A stretch of 42,075 nt of DNA from a virus (lineage: Duplodnaviria; Caudoviricetes). The DNA lies in IMG/VR virus record IMGVR_UViG_3300048855_000209, positions 1 to 42,075 of that record; one strand, given 5' to 3'. The position numbers were made by a program, and so were the translations under genes. Positions 16,091-25,073 of the stretch are shown one piece after another. How positions within the stretch are numbered: the stretch's first letter is position 1; the number at the start of each line of letters is the position of its first letter. The notes beneath the pieces were generated by a model. That model made no database searches and had not been told where the DNA came from. It was given only the letters and a program-made list of their open reading frames with translations.

Positions 16091-16312
16091 ATGGTGGCAC
16101 GAAAGCACATCGACGCGCTTCCGTCGAAGAGCAGGGTGGTGGTGGAGAGACAAGGCCGTGTTTCTGAGCGCTGGCAGTGACGCATCATGATGGACGGCAA
16201 GACGGTGGCCACGAGCACGAGGTCATTCCAAGGCAGCGAGGAGGCGCTCGAGGCTGGGAGGGCGGAGCTGAAGCGCTTGCAGTCAAGCTCCAGTCGCTCT
16301 CAGGTTCCTTAG
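16091..16312 (+). pseudogene. Paralog of protein A interrupted by an in-frame TGA at 16178
   Basis: MVARKH...ERQGRVSERWQ*RIMMDGKTVATSTRSFQGSEEALEAGRAELKRL aligns with LKMGRGKASWHWIVQRGSRVLAQSVHGYRGAEEAFEAGRKVMQQ; the stop sits at the second W. Confidence 0.7.
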
Positions 16313-16326
16313 CGCTGCCGTCCGTA

Positions 16327-16584
16327 TCACCGGTCGGGGTCGACAAGCCGAAGAGGTGGTAGCTTCCCCGTGTCCAGCCAGGCATCCACCAGTCGGATGA
16401 TCTGCTCGATATCGGCGATGTTCCCCCACCCTCTTGGGGGAAAGCCTCCCAAGGTGAACGAGTAAACCGTCCGCAGAGGGTTCACCTCAATGATAGCGCC
16501 CCGATACTCGTAAGTCGGCCCGCCCATCGGTCCCCAGAGGGAGAGGACACGTAGGCGGGGATTGCGGGGAGGGTCGCGGGGCAT
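16327..16584 (-). CDS. Hypothetical protein B2 (YEYRGA...WLDTGKLP family)
   Basis: Paralog of 15682-15936. Confidence 0.75.
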   Translation of the reverse strand: MPRDPPRNPRLRVLSLWGPMGGPTYEYRGAIIEVNPLRTVYSFTLGGFPPRGWGNIADIEQIIRLVDAWLDTGKLPPLRLVDPDR

Positions 16585-16629
16585 CTGAGGAGCGTAGCAT
16601 GGCGAAGCCAAGGCGCGCCCTCCCGCTTC

Positions 16630-16887
16630 TCAGGTCCAACCGCCCAAAGATTGATCGTCCGCTGGTGGCTTGGACCGGCAAAACTGTTCTCGCATGCGTT
16701 CCAGGGTGTCCCGAAGTTCCTGCAGAACAGCGGCCGTCGTGGAAGCGTCTTCGGGCGAGATGTGGGTGTTGAAGCTGGCGAGCAGTCGTTCTTGCTCGGC
16801 GAGATGAGCCTCGACCGCCTGAAGGAAGCGCTCGGTCTGCGGCGCCGGCTCCTTACTGCTGTCGTCGTACTTTTTGCGCTCCGGCAT
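16630..16887 (-). CDS. Hypothetical helical protein (moron)
   Basis: 85-aa ORF with natural-looking helical composition. Confidence 0.5.
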   Translation of the reverse strand: MPERKKYDDSSKEPAPQTERFLQAVEAHLAEQERLLASFNTHISPEDASTTAAVLQELRDTLERMREQFCRSKPPADDQSLGGWT

Positions 16888-16978
16888 CGGTCAGCGATAA
16901 CATCTGGCTCAGGGGAAAGCTGCGCCGTCTCCTTACCGTGATCAGGCAAGCGCGGTTGGTAAAGGCCAGGGAGGCGGG

Positions 16979-17197
16979 ATGGCGAAGCCGGTCCTGACCG
17001 TCATCGCTGGCGGCCCTGACAGCGTCCTACGCCTCCGCCGCGCCGTACTGCGCGGCGTGCCTCGGAGCCACGCTCCGCTTCCCGAGAGGCTGCGGGAGGC
17101 AGTCGTCACGCAGCTAAGGCCGACGCGGGGATGGCGGAATGACCTGCATCGCCGCCACTGGCAGGCTGCTCGCCTCGCCGGTCTGGGGCAGGTGTAG
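16979..17197 (+). CDS. Hypothetical basic protein preceding cos
   Basis: GGAGG RBS; 72 aa. Confidence 0.5.
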   Translation: MAKPVLTVIAGGPDSVLRLRRAVLRGVPRSHAPLPERLREAVVTQLRPTRGWRNDLHRRHWQAARLAGLGQV

Positions 17198-17209
17198 CCC
17201 CACCCCCTT

Positions 17210-17414
17210 GGGTCCTTCCCGGGGTCCGAACTATTACGGTGGGGCGGAGCGTGTTTCCCGTCTAGGCGAAGGAAATCCATAGGGGGTTCCGGTTCCGGTC
17301 CGCATCTGAGCCGGTAAGTGCAGGAGTTTCGGCGCTGCCGGGGTCCCGTTTTCATACCAAGGCGGGCGGAAGGGGCTCCGGTTCGCCCGACGCTGCGAGA
17401 GAGGGGTTCCGGTT
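17210..17414 (+). other. Lambda-like cos packaging site (cosQ, cosN and cosB-like repeats)
   Basis: GGGTCCT at 17210 is identical to lambda cosQ; TTACG-GTGGGGCGGAG-CGTG at 17234-17253 resembles cosN; GGGG(T/C)TCCGGTT at 17283, 17372 and 17403. Confidence 0.75.
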
Positions 17415-17415
17415 G

Positions 17416-17922
17416 ATGGCGACGGACCTCGACATCGCCGCGCATCTCGACATCACCGACCGCACGGTGCGCGAGTTGCGGGCCAAGGGCGTCCTGCCCG
17501 TCTCAACGCGCGGCAAGGCCGACCTCGACGCATGTCGGCTGGCCTACATCCGGCACCTGCGGGAGCAGGCAGCCGGGCGCAGGTCGGACGCAGCGGACGC
17601 CGAAGATCTCGACCTCGTCCAGCAGCGCGCTCGCCTCGCCAAGGAGCAGGCGGACCGGATCGCGGCGAAGAACGCCCAGGATCGCGGCGAGCTGGTGCCG
17701 GTAGGCGCCGTCACGCTGGCGGTGGTCGGCCTGATCGAGCTGAGCAAGTCGCGGCTGGCGAGGGTGCCGGCCGTCGTGGCGAAGTCCGATCCGGCCCTGC
17801 GGGACCGGGTGGCCGCTGCCATCGAGGATGCCATGGAGGAACTGAGCGCCACCCGAGTGCAGGCGATGATCGGCGAGGACGATAATGAGGGAGACGAGCC
17901 CGCCGAGCCCATCGACCTCTGA
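17416..17922 (+). CDS. Terminase small subunit (Nu1-like)
   Basis: N-terminal wHTH (DIAAHLDITDRTVRELRAKG), coiled coil QRARLAKEQAD...RGELVP. Confidence 0.88.
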   Translation: MATDLDIAAHLDITDRTVRELRAKGVLPVSTRGKADLDACRLAYIRHLREQAAGRRSDAADAEDLDLVQQRARLAKEQADRIAAKNAQDRGELVPVGAVTLAVVGLIELSKSRLARVPAVVAKSDPALRDRVAAAIEDAMEELSATRVQAMIGEDDNEGDEPAEPIDL

Positions 17923-19861
17923 GCCCTTTCCGGCCGAGGGACCGGTCCTCGCCGCTCAGGTCTCGCGGTGGTTCGAGGCCTGGAAACCGCGCAAGCGGCT
18001 GAGCCTGTCGGAGTGGTCGGCCCAGCATGCCCGCCTCGACAGCGGGAAGCGCTATCGGGCTTTCCCATTCCAGAATGGCATCGCCGACGCCTTCACGGAC
18101 CCAGCGGTGCGCCAGATCACCGTGATGAAGAGTAGCCGCATTGGCTACTCGCAGATCGTCCAGAACTACGTCGCCTACTGCATCCACCAGGCGCCGACCC
18201 GGCTGCTGATCTACCAGCCGACGATCGATGACGCGGAGACCTACTCGAAAGACGACCTGGAGCCGGTGCTGGAATGGCCGGCGGTCCGGGAGCGGGTGGT
18301 CTTCAAGCCGCGGCACCCGGACAACAAGCTCCGGGCCAAGCGGTTCCCCGGCGGGTGGGTGCAGATAAAAGGGGCGAACAGCCCCAAGGAGTTCCGGCGT
18401 GTTACCGCCGACAAGGTGCTGCTGGAGGAGCCGGACGGGTATCCGCCCGCCGCCGGCCGGGAAGGCGACCAAGCCGATCTGGCCTTCAAGCGCTGCCTGA
18501 CCTCTGACGATCCGCTCAAGGCGGCCGGGTCCACGCCGACCATCGTCGGTGCCAGCCGCATCGAGAAGCTGTTCCAGGAAGGCACCCAGGAGCACCGCTA
18601 CGTGCCGTGCCCTCACTGCGGGCATATGCAGGTGCTGGTGTTTGGTGACGGCACCGGCCCGGGAATCCGCTGGGAGCCTCGGGAGAGCCCGACGCGGGCT
18701 TGGTACCGATGCGCGGGCGAGAAGGCCTGCGACATCGAGGAGGACTGGAAGGCCTGGATGGATGAGCGGGGTGAGTGGCGCGCCCATGCCCCGCATCACG
18801 GCCCTCGGCACCGCTCCTTCCACATCTGGTCCGGCTACAGCCAGTTTGAGGGAGCGGCCTGGCTAGAACTGGCGCGGGAGTTCCTGGAGGTCCGCAAGGA
18901 TCCCAACCGGCTCCTGACCTTCGTCAACCAGACGCTCGGTGAGACCTGGAAGGTGAAGGGCCAAGCGCCGCTGTGGCGCCGCCTTTACGACCGGAGGGAG
19001 ACCGACCGTCCGAACGGGCTGGTGCCTCGGGATGCGCTGCTGCTGCTGGGGGGCATCGACGTGCAGGGCAACCGCATCGAGGTGTTCGTCTGGGGCTGGT
19101 CCGCGGACCGCCGGTCCTTCCTGGTGGACCACCGGGTGGTGGACGGTAACCCGTTCCTCCCGGCCACCTGGGACCGCGTAACCGAGATCGTCACGGGGGA
19201 ATGGCGCCGCGAGGGTGGCGGAGCGATGAAGCTCACACGCTTCGGCGTGGATACCGGCTTTGCCACCACGCATGTCCTCGCCTGGGTCCGCAAGTTCCCA
19301 GGGGTTGGAGTGCCGGTGAAGGGCGCAAGCAACCACCACGCGCCGGTATTTGCCTGGTCGGACAGTCGTGACCCCGGCCCCCGTGGCGGTAAGCGCAAGC
19401 GCGGACAGCGCATCGGCATGGTGGGTGGGACGATCCTGACCCAGGAGCTCTACGGGCTCCTGAACCTGGACGGACCCACCGAGGAGGAGGCCGCCGACGG
19501 CATCGTGCCACCGCCGGGGTTCGTCCATCTGAATGGACTCGCCACCGAGGAAGTCTGCAAGCAGCTCGTCGGCCTCGAATGGCTGGAGAAGTCCGGCGAG
19601 TGGAAGAAGGTCCACGCCGACGAGGCGCTGGACGGCTGGAAATACGCCCGGGCGATGTTCACGGCGATAGGCGCCGACCGCTGGACGGACGCGCGGTGGC
19701 GCGAGCTGCGTGAGGCCTGGGATGGCGAGGCGCCGCCCCCGCCTTCGCAACACAGAGGCCAAGCCCCGGCCGGCTCGCAGGAGCCTGAGAGCGTACCGAG
19801 CAGCCGGTCTCCGGCCTGGATCAAACGGCCCTCGACCTGGATCAACCGTCACCAGCGTTAG
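17885..19861 (+). CDS. Terminase large subunit (lambda gpA family)
   Basis: KSSRIGYS Walker A variant, GSTPT, YVPCPHCGH, FVNQTLGETW, GIDVQ, EALD. Confidence 0.95.
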   Translation: MRETSPPSPSTSEPFPAEGPVLAAQVSRWFEAWKPRKRLSLSEWSAQHARLDSGKRYRAFPFQNGIADAFTDPAVRQITVMKSSRIGYSQIVQNYVAYCIHQAPTRLLIYQPTIDDAETYSKDDLEPVLEWPAVRERVVFKPRHPDNKLRAKRFPGGWVQIKGANSPKEFRRVTADKVLLEEPDGYPPAAGREGDQADLAFKRCLTSDDPLKAAGSTPTIVGASRIEKLFQEGTQEHRYVPCPHCGHMQVLVFGDGTGPGIRWEPRESPTRAWYRCAGEKACDIEEDWKAWMDERGEWRAHAPHHGPRHRSFHIWSGYSQFEGAAWLELAREFLEVRKDPNRLLTFVNQTLGETWKVKGQAPLWRRLYDRRETDRPNGLVPRDALLLLGGIDVQGNRIEVFVWGWSADRRSFLVDHRVVDGNPFLPATWDRVTEIVTGEWRREGGGAMKLTRFGVDTGFATTHVLAWVRKFPGVGVPVKGASNHHAPVFAWSDSRDPGPRGGKRKRGQRIGMVGGTILTQELYGLLNLDGPTEEEAADGIVPPPGFVHLNGLATEEVCKQLVGLEWLEKSGEWKKVHADEALDGWKYARAMFTAIGADRWTDARWRELREAWDGEAPPPPSQHRGQAPAGSQEPESVPSSRSPAWIKRPSTWINRHQR

Positions 19862-19879
19862 CCCAAAGGAGGGACGACC

Positions 19880-20128
19880 ATGAACCCCGTTGTCCTGGCC
19901 TGGGCGTTGGCTCAGCCCGCGCGTAGCAGCGCACTAGCTCTGGCCCGGGCATACAGTGGCGCCACCACGCGCGTGACTGTAGACGGCAAGACCATCGAAT
20001 ATCGCTCCATGGCCGATATCGCGACCGCGCTCACGGCGCTGTATGGCGCAACAGCCGGTCCCGGGGGATCCGTGGCTGCGCCTCTGCCACGCGGACCCTC
20101 CGTCACTTATGCCCGGTTCGCGCGGTAG
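19880..20128 (+). CDS. Head-tail joining protein (gpW-like)
   Basis: GATTRVTVDGKTIEYRSMADI; lies between terminase and portal. Confidence 0.8.
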   Translation: MNPVVLAWALAQPARSSALALARAYSGATTRVTVDGKTIEYRSMADIATALTALYGATAGPGGSVAAPLPRGPSVTYARFAR

Positions 20129-20133
20129 CACTG

Positions 20134-21633
20134 ATGCCAGGGTATATTCGGCGGGTGTGGGATGCGGTCCGCGGCTACGACGCCGCCCAGGACACGCGCT
20201 CGTCCAGTTGGCGTCCTTCTGGCGCTGCAGCCAGCGTGGAGGTCGCGAGCGCTCAACGCCCTATCGCGAACCGGGCCCGGGATGCGGTCCGGAACGACCC
20301 CTACGCCGCCCGCATCGTGGATTTGTGGACGGCCAACATCGTTGGCGCCGGCATCACGACCCGTTGGTCGGGTGAGGCTCACCGTGCCGCGTGGAAGCGC
20401 TGGGCGGGGAGCCGGGCATGTGACGCCGAGGGGCAGCAGGATCTCTACGGGCTGCAAGCCATGGCAATGCGAGCTGTGGTGGAGAGTGGGGCGGTGCTCG
20501 TCCGGATGATCCCGGTGAAGCCGAGCCTGGCCAATCCGATCGGACTGCAGCTGCACGTCCAAGAGATCGATCGCCTGGACGCGTCCCGGTACGGCATGAT
20601 CGGGGGCAGCGCGGTCTCGCAGGGGATTGCCTTCCGGGATGGCCCGGCGCCCTACGGCTACTGGCTCCTACGGCAGCATCCCGGTGCGACATGGATGCTG
20701 CCCGGCGAGGTTGGGCGGAGCGAGTTCGTCTCCGCCCGAGACGTGCTGCATGTGTTCCACAAGCGGCGCCCAGAGCAAATCAACGACGTGTCCTGGCTGG
20801 CGCCGGTACTGACAAAGCTGCGCGACCTCCAGGACTATGAGGCTGCGATGATCATGAAGGCCAAGATTGAGGCCTGTCTGACGCTCGTGGCGACGGGAGG
20901 TGAGGCTGAAGAGACTGTCACCGGCGGCCTGAGCGGCCAGGAGGGCCAGAACGGGATGGAACTCTTCCGTGATGCCAATGGGCGTCCGGTAGAGACCATC
21001 GAACCCGGCATGATCCTCTATCGCCGCAACGGCGGATCGGTCGACGTGGTGAATCCGTCCGGCTCGGGTGGCCACACCACCTTTGCTCGTCGTCAGCTGG
21101 AGGCGGCCTCCGTCGGTTCCGGCCTGACCTATGATCAGGTCTCGGGCGACCTTACAGGAGCGAACTACTCATCTTTGCGTGCAGGCAAGATTGAGTTCCG
21201 GCGGCTCTGCGAGCAGCACCAGTACCGGATGGCAATCCCGATGCTGGTTCATCCGATCGCGGAGCGCTTCCACCAGCAGGGTGCCATGCTTGGGCTCTGG
21301 CCCGCTCAAATGCCCGACGACGTCGCTCACGTCCCGCCAGCCCACGAGATGATTGATCCGCTGAAGGACACGACGGCCCTGATCGCCCAAGTCCGTGCTG
21401 GCTTCGTGCCGCAGCCTGAGGCTGTGGGTTCCTTCGGCTACGACTTCCGCGAAGTGGTGGAGATCATCCGGAGTGCCAATGAGGTGCTGGATAAAGCCGG
21501 CCTGTCTCTCGACACCGACCCGCGGCGGGTGGCGAAAACTGGTGCGGCTCAGGATGCCGGACAGATGGCTGCGGTGGAGCTGGGCGCGAAGGGTGGCGTG
21601 GTCCGGCCGGCACCGGCGGATGAGGACGAGTAG
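20134..21633 (+). CDS. Portal protein, lambda family
   Basis: RARDAVRNDPYA, GDLTGANYSSLRAG, IDPLKD motifs. Confidence 0.95.
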   Translation: MPGYIRRVWDAVRGYDAAQDTRSSSWRPSGAAASVEVASAQRPIANRARDAVRNDPYAARIVDLWTANIVGAGITTRWSGEAHRAAWKRWAGSRACDAEGQQDLYGLQAMAMRAVVESGAVLVRMIPVKPSLANPIGLQLHVQEIDRLDASRYGMIGGSAVSQGIAFRDGPAPYGYWLLRQHPGATWMLPGEVGRSEFVSARDVLHVFHKRRPEQINDVSWLAPVLTKLRDLQDYEAAMIMKAKIEACLTLVATGGEAEETVTGGLSGQEGQNGMELFRDANGRPVETIEPGMILYRRNGGSVDVVNPSGSGGHTTFARRQLEAASVGSGLTYDQVSGDLTGANYSSLRAGKIEFRRLCEQHQYRMAIPMLVHPIAERFHQQGAMLGLWPAQMPDDVAHVPPAHEMIDPLKDTTALIAQVRAGFVPQPEAVGSFGYDFREVVEIIRSANEVLDKAGLSLDTDPRRVAKTGAAQDAGQMAAVELGAKGGVVRPAPADEDE

Positions 21634-21638
21634 GCGAC

Positions 21639-21908
21639 ATGGCCGAGATCGTACTGCTGCACGGCGAAGGGACGGCCGCACTATCTGATGTGCCAAGCCG
21701 CCTGCGGAAGATCGCGGACCAGATCGAGGCTGGCGAGTGCGGCGAGCCGCGCAACGCCGTCGTGATCCTGGAGGCTGAAGGCCTGCGGATGTCGGCCTGG
21801 GGCCTCGGGCCTGACGGAGGAGACAGAGCCCGCGCTGTCGGCCTCATGGAATGGGCGAAGCATTGGTTCATGGCCCGCTGCTTCGCTGTCGCGGCCGAAG
21901 AGAACTAG
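21639..21908 (+). CDS. Hypothetical phage protein inserted in the head module
   Basis: ORF fills the portal-protease gap (DVPSRLRKIADQIEAG). Confidence 0.6.
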   Translation: MAEIVLLHGEGTAALSDVPSRLRKIADQIEAGECGEPRNAVVILEAEGLRMSAWGLGPDGGDRARAVGLMEWAKHWFMARCFAVAAEEN

Positions 21909-21950
21909 CCGACGCCGCCAGGCGGCCACGGCCAGCATAGGACACCTGAC

Positions 21951-24056
21951 ATGACAGAGACCGCTGTGCCGGGGCCGACCCCGTCGGCGCCCGTCGTTGC
22001 TGCGCGCGCTCTTACCGCTCCGGCTTCCGTGAACCAGGAAGCCCGGACGGTGGACGTGATCTGGTCCACCGGTGCCCGCGCGAACAACACGGTGATGCCG
22101 CTCGGCTGCATCACCGAGGAACTGGAGATGTCGCCCAACGCGGTTCGGATGGGGCGGCTTCAGAGCGGTGCCGCCCCGGTCCTGGATAGCCACAGCCGTT
22201 GGGGTGCGCGGGACGTGCTGGGCGTCGTGGCCGCTGCTCGTCTGGAAGGCGGGCGTGGCGTCGCCACGCTCCGCTTCTCGACCGCCAGCGACGTGGAGCC
22301 GGTTTGGCAACGGATCGTGGATGGCACGCTCCGCTCGGTCAGCGTCGGCTACCGGGTCTTCAAATACGAGGTCGAAAAGGACCCGTCCGGCAGTGGCGAG
22401 ATCCACCGTGCGGTGGATTGGGAACCCTACGAGATCAGCCTGGTGGCCGTCCCGGTGGACGCTGCCGCCGGGGTGAGAGGGGAGGGCGCGCAGGCCGCCA
22501 TCGCCCCTGCCGTCGAGCCTGCCATCACCACCTCACCCATCAAGGATCAGACCATGCCTGACAAGACGAAGCCGGCTGCCCCGGCCGGCGGGGCCGAGGC
22601 GCCGGTGGCGCCTGTCCAGGCCCCGGCGCCAGCCGCCCCTGCCACTCCGGCCGCGCCCGCCGTGCCTCCGGCCCAGTCCCCCGAGCCGACCGCGCCCCCG
22701 CCGTCGCTCCCCCCGAACCAGAACCCCGACGCGACCCGCGCCGCGAAGGAGGCTGCCATGGACGCCGTGCGTATGGAGCGTGACCGCATCTCGGGGCTGC
22801 ATGGGGCTGCGGACTCCTCTCGCTCCCTTCTCTCTCCGGAGCAGATCAACCCGCTCCTGCAGCAGGCGATCAACGAGGGCTGGACGGCTGACGGCCTGCG
22901 TGGACGCCTGTTCGAGACCTTGGTGAGCAGTGCGCCGCGTCCGCCCACCCCTGCCGCGCCGGCGACTGGACCGTCCAACGCCGACCCGGACGCCATGCGG
23001 GACGCCATGGCGGATGCGCTTGCCGTGCGTGCCATGCCCGGCATGTTCAAGCCGGGCAGCGAGCGGCACCGCGAGTTCGCCGGCTGGCGCCCGAGCCAGA
23101 TGATGGAGGAGCTGCTCCGCGCCCGCGGCGAACGGAACGTGCCGCGCGATCCGGTTCGCCTGGCTGAGCGTGCCTTCCACACGACGTCGGACTTCCCGGC
23201 CCTGCTCGGCGCCGCGGCCAACAAGATGCTGGCGGCGGCCTATCAGCCGGTCGAGCCAACCTACCGGCAGGTGATGCTGCGCCGAGACTTCAAGGATTTC
23301 CGCGCACACCGTGTCGTTCGTCCGGGCGACTTCCCGACGCTCCTGGAGCTACCCGAAGGTGGCGAGATCAAGTCGGGCACGCTGAGCGAGGGTTCCGAGA
23401 ACGTCTACCTGAAGACGTTCGCCCGCAACATTCGCGTGACCCGCCAGATGCTGGTGAATGACGATCTGGGCGCATTCACCGACTTCGCCGGCATGGTCGG
23501 CCGCCGAATCGCCGACTTCGAGAACGCCACAGCCTATGCGGTCTTGAACACGGCCAGCGGCGATGGACCTACCCTGACCAGCGGCGGCGCTGTGTTCGGC
23601 ACGGGCGCGGCACGCAAGAACAAGGCCGCAAGTGGTTCGGACGTCACTCTCGAAGCTCTCGCCGCGGCGCGTGCTGCGGTGATGAGCCAGAAGTCGCAGG
23701 ACGGCATCCCTGTATCGGTCGGACAGCAGATGATCCTGCTGGTCGGGCCGAACCAGGAGCTGAAGGCGCGGCAGCTGACGGCGACCCTGACGCCCGGGCA
23801 GACCACGGCGGTTAATCCCTTCGCGGGGTTCACCCGTGTGGTGGTGGACGCTCAGATCCAGGGCAACCGCTGGTACCTCTTCGCCGACCCGGCCGCCACG
23901 CCGGTCTACGTCTACGGCTTCCTCAACGGCGCGGAAGGGCCGCAGGTTCGGTCGGAGAAGGTCTCTGGTCATGACGGTGTTGAGGTCGAGGTGATCCACG
24001 ACTTCGGCGTCGGCGCCATCGATTTCCGCGGTGGCTACTTCAACCCTGGCACCTGA
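21951..24056 (+). CDS. Prohead protease-scaffold-major capsid fusion protein
   Basis: Protease motifs VLDSH, SVSVGY, EISLVAVPVD; Pro/Ala linker; capsid motifs HTTSDFPALL and DDLGAF...DFRG. Confidence 0.92.
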   Translation: MTETAVPGPTPSAPVVAARALTAPASVNQEARTVDVIWSTGARANNTVMPLGCITEELEMSPNAVRMGRLQSGAAPVLDSHSRWGARDVLGVVAAARLEGGRGVATLRFSTASDVEPVWQRIVDGTLRSVSVGYRVFKYEVEKDPSGSGEIHRAVDWEPYEISLVAVPVDAAAGVRGEGAQAAIAPAVEPAITTSPIKDQTMPDKTKPAAPAGGAEAPVAPVQAPAPAAPATPAAPAVPPAQSPEPTAPPPSLPPNQNPDATRAAKEAAMDAVRMERDRISGLHGAADSSRSLLSPEQINPLLQQAINEGWTADGLRGRLFETLVSSAPRPPTPAAPATGPSNADPDAMRDAMADALAVRAMPGMFKPGSERHREFAGWRPSQMMEELLRARGERNVPRDPVRLAERAFHTTSDFPALLGAAANKMLAAAYQPVEPTYRQVMLRRDFKDFRAHRVVRPGDFPTLLELPEGGEIKSGTLSEGSENVYLKTFARNIRVTRQMLVNDDLGAFTDFAGMVGRRIADFENATAYAVLNTASGDGPTLTSGGAVFGTGAARKNKAASGSDVTLEALAAARAAVMSQKSQDGIPVSVGQQMILLVGPNQELKARQLTATLTPGQTTAVNPFAGFTRVVVDAQIQGNRWYLFADPAATPVYVYGFLNGAEGPQVRSEKVSGHDGVEVEVIHDFGVGAIDFRGGYFNPGT

Positions 24057-24119
24057 TCGGATGGACCGGGGCCCAGCGCCCCGGCCGCCATCCGGCCCGT
24101 CCGATAAGGAACCCTATCT

Positions 24120-24452
24120 ATGCGCACTTTCCTCCATCAGGGCGACACGATCGACGTGCTCGCCACGGGGCCAGTCGTCTCCGGCTCCTTTCAGATTGTC
24201 GGGAAGATCTTCGGCTTCGCGGAGAGCGATGCCGTTTCCGGCCAGACCTACGCTCTCAAGGTCAAGGGCGTCTTCGAGGCCGCGAAGGCGGCCGGCGCCA
24301 TCACCGCGGGCCAGGCGCTGTACTGGGATGCCGCGGCGAGCAATTTCACCACGACGGCGACGAGCAACACCTTCGTCGGCGTCGCTGCTGCTGCCGCGGC
24401 CACTGGCGACACGACGGTGAAGCTGCGCCTCAGCGGCCACTTCACGGCCTGA
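24120..24452 (+). CDS. DUF2190-family head decoration/cement protein
   Basis: QGDTIDV...GVFEAAKA...GQALYWD...VKLRL. Confidence 0.85.
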   Translation: MRTFLHQGDTIDVLATGPVVSGSFQIVGKIFGFAESDAVSGQTYALKVKGVFEAAKAAGAITAGQALYWDAAASNFTTTATSNTFVGVAAAAAATGDTTVKLRLSGHFTA

Positions 24453-24466
24453 GGCGGGGAACCGCC

Positions 24467-24766
24467 ATGAGCAAGCCGAAGACGCTCCGGGTGGTGCCGC
24501 TCACCGGCGTCATGACCGCGGACAGCGAGCGCCGCCCCGAGGGGGTGGCGTTCGACCTTGGCACGGAGGAGGCCGAGCGCCTGATCTCTCTCGGCCATGT
24601 GGTCGAGGTCGAGAAGGGAGAGGTTGAGGCAGGCGCTCCGGTCACGGTGCTGCCCAGCCAAGCCCCCGCGCCCGCTCCGGAGCCGCCCGCGCCTGAGCCG
24701 GTGGAGGTGGTGATGCCGCCTGCAGATCCGGCCAGCGCCGGGCCGAGGGGCGGCAAGGGGGCGTGA
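24467..24766 (+). CDS. Hypothetical virion protein
   Basis: EEAERLISLG motif, Pro-rich tail; post-capsid position. Confidence 0.65.
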   Translation: MSKPKTLRVVPLTGVMTADSERRPEGVAFDLGTEEAERLISLGHVVEVEKGEVEAGAPVTVLPSQAPAPAPEPPAPEPVEVVMPPADPASAGPRGGKGA

Positions 24767-25071
24767 TGGACGTCTTCGCCCAGGCCATGGCGGACTTGGC
24801 AGCCAGCGACATGGGCGAGGATGCCGAATACCGCGTCCGAGGTGACGGGCCCCCGCTCCATCTCCGCGTTGTCCTGGATCAGGAGGACGTCGAGCGAAAC
24901 GGGCGGACCAGTACCGCCACCGTGGCGCTGGTGCCGGCTGACGCGGACCACATCGGCCGGCCCGAGCGAGGCGACACTATCACCATCGGCGAGAAGCTGT
25001 GGAAGGTGGAGCAGGTCGCGGCGGATGGGCGGGGATGGGCCTGGCGTCTCACCATGAGCGTGGTGAAGTAG
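24763..25071 (+). CDS. Head-tail joining protein (FII-like)
   Basis: PERGDTITIGEKLWKV...W.L motif; position. Confidence 0.75.
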   Translation: MMDVFAQAMADLAASDMGEDAEYRVRGDGPPLHLRVVLDQEDVERNGRTSTATVALVPADADHIGRPERGDTITIGEKLWKVEQVAADGRGWAWRLTMSVVK

Positions 25072-25073
25072 CG

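Noticed and set aside
16178-16180. TGA considered as selenocysteine or an alternative genetic code
   Set aside because: It aligns with Trp, not Cys, and TGA is the normal stop for many genes in this window
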